A program made the translations under genes and the position numbers. DNA of 64,000 nt from positions 62,001 to 126,000 of the forward strand of contig KZ538054.1 of NCBI GenBank assembly GCA_000934665.2. Direction: 5' to 3'. The notes below the pieces were generated by a model. That model saw only the letters and a program-made list of their open reading frames with translations, had not been told where the DNA came from and ran no database searches. Each line of letters starts with the position of its first letter. Position 1 is the stretch's first letter. Shown one piece after another: positions 55,048 through 64,000 of the stretch. The stretch comes from Catajapyx aquilonaris. Lineage: Eukaryota.

Positions 55048-58000
55048 GCCTGCTTCGAAAAGACCGCCGACGATGCCGCTCAGGCCAGAACCGTCGTCGT
55101 CAAATTCATTGAAGCTTAGGAGAAGATCCGGGATTCACTTCCCACGAGCATTACGTACGGAATAGTAATGGAGTTTGCATGGCCTGAGAGCAGTGGAGGA
55201 AGGAAGGACGGGGTAGTGCGCAGGCGCACGTTTGCACTTGGATCGCGGCCAGGGCGCGCAAGGGGAATGCATATCTCAAATAACGTCTATTGTTTCATGG
55301 CTCATATACTTTGGATAACAGTACAGAGGCAATCAGGCAGTGTCCCGTGGGAGGAAATCCTCTTGGCGTCTAAGGGCAATTGAGCTGTTGGAGTTGACAG
55401 TCGTGGATGCTAAGAACTTGAATGATGCCGGTCATTCGTTGGCAAGTTGTGTCGCCGAATGTAATGAAGGCACCGGCTAAGGGACTCTCGTTTCTCATCA
55501 GCATAATCGTGGCGTCAAATCAGCCCGCCCACTGATGGAACTGGTCACGGCGCGGCGCCCCCATCACGTCCAGATTGGAGTGAGATCACTAATGCATGAT
55601 GCCACCGTTTCTGCTAACCCTTGACATTACAATGCTTATTTGCATCTGTCAGCAAGTAGGGCAGAATCTGAATAAGCGATCCGTATATTTGTCTGCGAGA
55701 TCGAGGTGATGCCTGCAAAAGTCTTCACTGGCTGTTAGGAAAGAGCGATGCACTCGACTCACCTATATCTGGCTTAATTGGCAATTTTTTTAAAACAAAA
55801 TTTCAGGTAACTGCACAGTTGAATAAAGCATACAGTATAGCTCAACAGTGTTCCGGGTTGAAAGTAGTTGCAGTGAGGTCATTCACACATGTGATGTCGC
55901 TGGTTTGCAGGAAATTATTTGGTACGTACATTGAGCTTAATTTAGTTACGTTGAAGTTTACTGCGATGAGGCATTTATGCACAGTTGTGTACATCATCTC
56001 TCCTAAAGTAAGCAGCTCCAGGCTTGAATAATCCCGAAGCTGTATGCAGGAAGCGCTGGAATTTGATTGCTTTTGGAGTGGGCGCGATAAACAGTATTTT
56101 GAGACTCCAGATTGCAGCACGTAATTGGCAAAGTACCGTGTTTGCACATCAGACTTGCAAATATCCTGTCAGCCGTCTGGCTTGCATAGGGGAAAAAAGG
56201 AGTAGGTGCGAGTGGGTGACGAAGTGTCGTACGCTTGGTTGTACGTGGTCGTATAGAACCTGTCAAATATTTAATGGGGATTGGGGGTCTCCGTGACAAT
56301 TGTTTAAGGGTCAAGAAATTATCTGCGCAAAGGAGGTTTCTTGTTTCGGCATTTAACGCATGTCTGGTGTGTGGATTCAATACCTGTACAGTGCCTATAT
56401 AGTACTGTACAATACTTACACCCTTCTCCTTCAAGTTCATTGGCCAAGGGCCACGTTATTTTGTTATTATTACAGCCAAAGGCTTCAATTATTTTGCACC
56501 TTAATTACTTGATAGACATAAAACAAGTGTGATTTTATCAAAGTGGAGAGAAAAAAACCACATAATGAAGCATACAGTATCGGGTGTTACCGTGTTAGGG
56601 CTTAGGGTACTTATACAGCATGCCCGCTGCTTCGTTATGACCGGATTAAATTTGTACAATCATCTTGTTGGACTGAAAAGCTATAATTTCCAGGTAGAAG
56701 TAACATACAGTCCCCACAAAGCATGCCAATTTTTAACCGCTGTTGTTTATTTTGTCTTTTGCTTCACTGAATAGTCATTTATGTTATGAATCCGCAAAAA
56801 CCCTTATCACACTACATGTCCAAGCATACTAACACTTTGCATGATTGTTGACAACACATCAGTTTAATTGTAATAAGAGCTCTTCATATACGGTACTAGG
56901 CCTACGGGAAGGATTTCTTCAGTGTTTATTAATATAGGCAAAGCGACCTAATAAGATCACGTGTACGTCAGATATCCAGCAACTTGAGCAAATACAAAAT
57001 ATAGACTATGTTGATTAGGTATAATGAAGGATACCGGTATATATGCGGTATTGTCATTACCACTTGACTCTTGTCTCCGGGTTAAGGATTGTTAGCACGT
57101 CATTATAAACGCCAAATTAGCATCGCGCCAATCACTCACTCAGTGTGTCATTAACTATCGATAAAGGCCGGCTTCCTAATTTGGTGCGATTACTGTACCC
57201 CCCCCCCCCCTCCTATCTGTTCTGCCCACGCAAGAGACTTTCTGGAAAACGTTGAGACTTCCACTCAAAAATGTATTGCGATGCTTATGACGTTCAGTCG
57301 AAATAACAAGGAAATCCGTGAATTACTGAGTTCTTTGTGCAGTGCCTACGAGTAGTAACTACATACAGTGTACCTAAACTATCACAACATACCTGTAATA
57401 TTTGATTTGTAAAAGTGTATTCATAGTAATTCTGGGTCCATATTAGTAACGATAACACAAAAGTCCAAATATTAAGGTCAAAGTGTGTTGAGAGACCTTT
57501 GACGTTGCCTATTCGAGGTCATGGAAAATTTTAAGAATAGCACTTCGTAAATAAGTTACTGACTATGCTGATCGCGACATTAAGGCTTTCACTTTCACGT
57601 ACTCCAAACCCTTGGAGATTACAAAGTTGCCCTCCTGCAACTGTAAATTAAGTGTAATGGGATCGAAGCCTCAATTTTTATCTTGCTGGGTTCTCCGCTC
57701 CGCAACACTAGAAGGCACGCACACCTGCTCCACCTTGATACATGATGTATGACATTGCACAGTTTCCTTGACACCAACAATGTGGGCTTCTTACCTGTAC
57801 AGATTGAGCACAGGAGAGCTTCTAGCCACTCCCTTCCTTGTTCTACATCCCAGGACTGACAAGTGAGAAGAATGAGGTGCAGGGGGTGGTGAGGGGAAAG
57901 TGAGACAGGGGGAAGGTTGAAGGTCAACTTGGGGGGAGTTGGATTGAGTCCAGTCTCATATATCGGGTGTAAGGTGCAGTCAAAGGCAATGCTCTCATCG

Positions 58001-60118
58001 ACTCTCGACTTTATTCCCATCCCTTAACACAAGATGAGACACCTGAGGTGTTTGGAGGTTAATTTCTTAGTGAACTAGGTGAAGGTGGGTCAAGAGGCAT
58101 GGTGACGTGAACTGGCAATTAAAAGTGATTACTGTATTATTACCAGTGGTGGGTTGGCAGCAGCTAGCAGATGTTTTCTGATAGTGCCATTGTCATCCTA
58201 GGGTAATTTGTCAGAGAACAATGGTTTGTACTGTAGGGAACTTGGTTCAAAAGATGGGTGATACCATTCACGTCATCATTATTGCAACTATCAAGGAAAC
58301 ATTCTTCAGATAATAATGGAGTTTCCTCCATGAGAGTGCCATCTACCTTTTGGGGGACTGAATTCGTCTTAAAAAGACTTACAAAGTTCATCCATCCCTC
58401 ACATTTCAAAGATCCCAGATCCAAAAAAGTCACATTTCAAAGTCACATACAAGACAGTAAAATTCAGGACTAAAACTATTAGGGCAAAGACTGTACCCAG
58501 TCACCTGAAGCACTTCCATCACATCCCCTCCTTTAAATGGAGGCTTATCTAATCGCATTCCCCCCCTCCTCTTCCAACATTGGGGGGGGAGATGGAGACA
58601 AGAGGCTCCATCTCTAAGGCAGTGTTAGGCCTACAGGCATGAGGTAGAATTTTACGTGTTTGGGAGTGTAAAGGAAGGCAAGGGATATATGATTAAAATT
58701 ACAGATGGTCATTTTATTAACAGTATATTTGTTCCACGTTTAGAGTTTGCATGTCGAAAATTACCAAATAACATGACAAACTGTTGAAAAGACCACATAG
58801 AATGACCATCTGTGATTTGACCCTGCACTTCTACCTTCACTCATAGACCTTACACAAAAATATTTAAAATTAATAACATATAGTGAAAAATATGTGGCTT
58901 TGGCCTCACTGACCTTACAATAGTTTTTTTTTTCATGTGCTCCCTTCCCCACCTTCACTCCCTCACACTCACACTCACACACACATACACACAAATATAC
59001 AATGTGCTTTGCATCATTGCCACATACTGGCTGATTGGGTAGAGGGGAGATAACTTGTTATCACAACAACGCAAAATGGAACCCCCCTAACTTGGTTACT
59101 ATTTGAGGTATGATAGGAACTGCAAGTGAAAAAATGTTTGTCTATTGCATCTCTGACTGTGGTCACCTTCAGGCAGGAAAGTGACGAAGTATGTTGTTGG
59201 TGGGGATAGTGTTGTGGAAGAGGAATATTTGTCTGGGTACTACTGTAGCATTATGTTGTTAAATCATATATTTAAGCAGCATGTGGCTTAAATAACTTGA
59301 GTAAGACTCTCAATAGACCACTCATAAGATTGGCCATCTTATATAAGTGATAAGATCTGCAATTTGTTTTATATGAACTATGGAACTAGTAATCAATCAG
59401 GTACTCGGTTACACTTCTCGACCAAGCTAGGGAGGTTTCATTGCTACAACAGGTTAACAAAATGCTTCTTGGAGAGACCTTGGCGGGGTTGAGTAGGGAA
59501 GATCTTGCACCTTCCATGGATACCATACCTCCTGGGGCCAACTGTAAAGTACATTTACATGAGTATGTGGGCGGGGGTGATGGACTATGACACCTTGCAT
59601 GCTGGAATCAACTCATCATTTAGTGGTATTGTTAAATAGAAGAGGGTGTGGGTTTATCCACATCTCCACCACCCTCCACGAAGGCTTCTTTTGTACTATG
59701 TGGGGATTTCAAGAAGTTAATGTGAACTTTAATGTGTGTGTTCATGTAGAATTAAGACAATGTCATACAAGTGGACGGAGGCAGCTATTTGAACTACCTT
59801 TAAAGTGGAAGAACTTTGTTAAGCATTGCACAATCATGAAATCAAAAGGTCAATTACACATCAGTCAAGGCAGAACATGACATCGATGTGAATTTCACTA
59901 ATTTAAAGTGAGTATACATTCTGCAATGATGAGAGAGGAAGTTAAAAAAATAAGTTTGGAGTACTTTATGGAAGGCCCCGAGTAAAAGTATGTTTGAACT
60001 AAAGTTTCCGACATACAAACTAGTCTTGAGATAACAAAAAAAAGGGAATTCCTGAGTTTTCATGACACCTTATGGTTGCTATTTTTGCTTATCGAAACCT
60101 CCCCGTTTCAACCCCTTG

Positions 60119-63023
60119 TCACATGTCCACATCTCCACATCGAAGCTTCCGCCTCAGCACCTCAATCTCCAACTCCAGCTTTTGCTTCTCCAAGATTAGT
60201 TTTTCTTTTTCAAGCACCAGCTTTTCCTTCTCCAGCGCAATCCGTTCCATCTCCATCCCAAGCACTTCCCGGTGAAGCACTGCCAAACTGTCCTCAGGGG
60301 ATGCAGATGGAACTGGTGTCACGTTGTCTTTGAATAGCAGTCGTGACGGCCACTGACCAGGTCCCCAGTCTCGATAGGAGGGATACATTCCAGGAGGGCG
60401 TGGGGAAGCTGCAGCTGAAAAGAATTTATGTTAGAAAACTTGAATTCACTTAGAGATGAACCCTTACCATCAGGCCTAGTGAGGGCAATGGGAGTGTCAA
60501 TCCCATCTCCACCAGGAGGGCTCATAACTTCTGGACGTGTTGAGGCATCCATGACAACTGCTGTGTCACTGCTGTCATCTTCACTTGGGTCATCTTTCAT
60601 TACCACTTCTGGATACACTGAGTCCAAGTTTGCATTGACAGAGTAGATGCCTGGATCTGTGCCACAAATGTCCAAGATGCGCTGTGACAGTGACGTCAAT
60701 CTGAAAAAGAGGCTGGATTAAGTACCCTCAACAGAAAATATGCAATGTAGTTTCATCAATGGCCTTAAAATGAGTAACCTGGATATAATTACTCCTGGGA
60801 TTGTTGCCCTTGGTGATGTGTTCCATAGTACAGGGCAAGTGCCTAAGAGTGGATAGTTATCACGATTGTACATTCCAACCCCCTATGTAGTTGTAATAGA
60901 AATCCCTATCATACAAAATGTGCTTAATGGTGAAATTAAAATTATCTACACTATCCAGTGCTAAGCACTTTGACATCTTGCTTGGCAAACTTTTTTCAAA
61001 ATGCACTGGGATGTTTACATCATGTGTACTGGAATGATGCCAAAATACTTATATGCAATGAGCCTTCACAATTCTACAGCAGCCTGGTAGTCATCTAGTA
61101 CAATCACTAGGGACTAGGAGGAAAAATAGCTGCAACTGCCATGTGATACACCTGCAAGACACCCATCCATAATAATTTAACACTCTGCACAAGTGTGTTC
61201 AAGTGGAGTTGTCCAAGACCCCAGCATTTAAATTATTGCCCATCTAGTTTTTAGTACCATAATTTGTCAGTTCCAGGAGGGCACATAAACATGTCCAAAA
61301 TTGAAGTTATGAATATGGCACACCAAGGCAAGGAAGTGCTGCTGCATGTTACGAAACATCTGGCATGTCAACCTTGACAATGCAAATCTTTGTTGACCTT
61401 GTTGAAAATCTAATAATATTGCTAACCAGTAACATGCAGAAATCTAGTACGAACCGGTACAAGCTGACAGGCCAAATATGCTACTGATAATGACAAATTT
61501 TGTGGTTATGATATTGGGTTCGGGTAATGCTTTTCCATGCATGAACATTGTTTTGGGAAACTCTGAGATTTGCTTTGGAAGCTGCGGGTTTCGCGATGTT
61601 GGAATGAATGGCGGGCGGTTTGAAAAGCGCGCGGGGGGCATGGGCAAAGAATGGTCCTCGTGCAGTTAAACGCCATAAGCAGAGGGGGGGTGCACCCAAC
61701 TGCCACGCACACACACTCGACATGGTCGCAGCGTTTGTATGAAATTGTTCCCGAAAAGAGGGGCGGACCCCCATCCGTTGTTGCGGAATAAGTGGAATGA
61801 ATGGCGATGCAAATGAGGCGAGGGAAGACTCGGGAGCAGGGTTGGAAATAGGGTGACGTCACGTGTGCGTGTCTGTGCGAGGCGGCTCACCTGGCTGGAG
61901 CAACTCCGTCGACTCGTGGCCTCTGGTAGTCCAGGAACTCCCGACGGGCCTCGAAGACCATGGCCTTCCACTTCTTCCGGACGTCTTCGGCGCTCCTCTG
62001 CGGCCCGACGCGACTGGCGTTCAGGATCTGGGCAATCTTCTCCCACAGCTCCTTCTTGCGTCGGTTGGTGGCCGCGTTGGTCATCTTGGACAGAAGCACA
62101 CCACGGTCCTTTCCGAACTCCTCAGTGATGATCCATTTCTCCTCTTCGCTGAAGTTGGCCTTGCGCCGAAGGAGGCTGTCGGCAGCGGCGGCGGCCGCAG
62201 CAGCAGCAGCCGCGGCGGCTGCGGCTGCGGCTGCGGCAGGTCCTCCGGTTCCTCCTCCTCCTCCTCCACCACCACCACCGCAACCGCCGCTGCTGGCGCT
62301 GCTGTTGCTGGCGCTACTGACGACGGCGGCGGCCAAGGCGGCAGAATTGGGCGGAGTGGCCGCGGAGGCACCGCCGCTGGTCAGGGTCAGCATAGGCAGC
62401 ACAGTCGCTTTGGACACCTCCAGGTCCTCCAGCATGTAGTGTTGAAGGAGGCGGTGGTCAGCAGCTGCTGCGGCGGCGGCCGCGACGACGGCCCCCTCCA
62501 GCACTCTTCGTCGTCCTTGTCCTCCACCACGTCCTCCGTAGTGACTGTTGGTGCTGTTGTTGTGGTTCTGATGGGCCGCCGGCCACCACCTCCTCGACGA
62601 CGCGGACCCTCTTCGTCCTCCTAAGCCAGGGCCTAAATCCCCCGCCACTTCGATCCAGGGAGGGCCTCGTCGCCATGGCAACGGCCCCCCTTCCCCGCCT
62701 GCGACTGGCGCCGGGCTCAGACCGGTCCTGACCCCCCGGCAACGCTTAGCTTCCTGCTGCTGCACTCCTCGCCCTCTCCGCCGCCGCCGCCGCTGCTCCG
62801 ACTCCTCGCGGCACGCAGCGTTGCCACATCCCTCCCTAAAACTACTCTCTGCTGGCACCACCACCACACTCTGCTCCTCCTGCTGTTGCTCTGCTGTAGT
62901 GGTTGCCGCAGCAGCAGCAGCAGCAGCTCCTGAGGAGGAGGACGACGAGGAGGTGGAGGAGGAGGAGGAGGAGGAGGAGGAGCGGGGCCGGTCCGCTATT
63001 CTGCTCTGCATCCACATACTCAT
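60119..63023 (-). CDS. Myb/SANT-like DNA-binding domain protein (MSANTD/NAIF1-like) with C-terminal coiled coil
   Basis: Exons 63023(start uncertain; 62435 is an alternative ATG)-61891, 60700-60468, 60414-60119; phases match. Domain RRKANFSEEEKWII..VLLSKMTNAATNRRKKELWEKIAQILNA..RSAEDVRKKWKAM; C-terminal LEKEKLVLEKEKLILEKQKLELEIEVLRRKL heptads. Confidence 0.88.
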
Positions 63024-64000
63024 CCGGACCCTTGCTATTATCCACCCCCCTCCCTTCCACCCACCCAAACCCCTTAGCTCCCCACTATTTTTTCCATCCT
63101 CCCCACCTTCCACCACCTCCTTTTTGGCAAGCACTTCGAAAACGAGGTGGGAGAAAGGGGAAGGGGGGAGGGGGAGGGTATGGAGGAAAAAGGGAATCAA
63201 AACGGCAAAAACAGAGAGAGGAGGAGGAGGGGGGGCTGAGGCAAACTCGTCCACCCCGCAGCTATTATTCCTTCCAAAAATTGCGTCACACGCGTGTTTG
63301 GTCGAATGCAAAACCCGGCCCCTTTTCTCACATTTGAGTGCGTGGCGCCGTTTTGCCTAGTGAGGCGGCACCATGCAGGGGTTTGATGAAACTCCGGCAC
63401 TCACCTCGGACTGAGGAAGTATGGGGAGATAATTGCTCGTGTTCGAGCAATGCACTGAGGAGGAGCAAAATATTCCGCAGGTTGAGATATATATGTTGGT
63501 GGGTGAAACCGCAGGAAACGTAAGATTCCGCAGGAAATGTCATTCCATGATATTATAATGCGTTGTTGCGGAAAATTGCATGGTAAAGAGACAGTGAAAG
63601 CAACAGCGCATAACGAAGTGAATTTAGCTGCCATGTTTCTTTGTCTACCTAAATGGCTGGAAGTCCGAACTTAAATGGTGGAAGATTACGGATGAAATCC
63701 TATGTTACGTATGCTGCAGTATTAGATCTCATGTGTAGGCCGAGCATATATGGCTATTCACGTGCCACATCGGCGGTATATTTGACAAGTTACCTGATGT
63801 TGCTTTTCAGTGCATTAATTAAAAAAAAGTGTATAGCCTACGTTCAATCTGGAGTTTTCGTTTAAAATGGAAGGAAATGCTCGCATGCTCATTAGCATGT
63901 TGCTGCTTATGCACTGCACAAATTAGGTCACTATCCATGCCCCCCACTGGTGGGTCAAGTTGAATGTGTTATTTGGGAACGAGGTGAATCAATTTGGGAC

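Noticed and set aside
57619..58433. Minus-strand ORFs as a separate gene or LINE fragment
   Set aside because: No recognisable motifs or consistent splice chain; plausibly 3' UTR or intergenic sequence downstream of the Myb/SANT gene.
61853..63360. Plus-strand ORFs (253, 159, 179, 144 aa) opposite the Myb/SANT exon
   Set aside because: GC-rich trinucleotide-repeat shadow frames with no domain content.

Overview
Eukaryotic, intron-rich genomic DNA, most likely arthropod (inferred from gene content, small introns and TE types); no prokaryotic features, CRISPR or rRNA seen. Seven spliced protein-coding genes were reconstructed by hand from GT/AG sites and reading phase. (1) A minus-strand gene (<1-3640) of at least 6 tandem ~100-aa OB/cold-shock-like repeats. 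(2) DHX38/PRP16 (+, 4519-22981, 15 exons). (3) A 3-exon LRAT/PLAAT-like gene hidden antisense inside DHX38 intron 8 (-, 11559-13969), with an atypical QCTQF catalytic motif and an MGxC acylation start. (4) A paralog of gene 1 on the other side of DHX38 (-, 25610-29389). (5) A secreted Gln/Pro-rich two-FAS1 fasciclin protein (+, 37256-42127). (6) A SAM-SH2-RasGEF-like BCAR3/SH2D3 family gene (-, 42600-55047). (7) A Myb/SANT-like (MSANTD-type) gene (-, 60119-63023). Introns carry MITEs, a mariner remnant, a Helitron and two tRNA-derived SINEs. The most notable items are the nested LRAT-like gene and the repeat-protein paralog pair bracketing DHX38. All family assignments come from motif recognition, not database searches.
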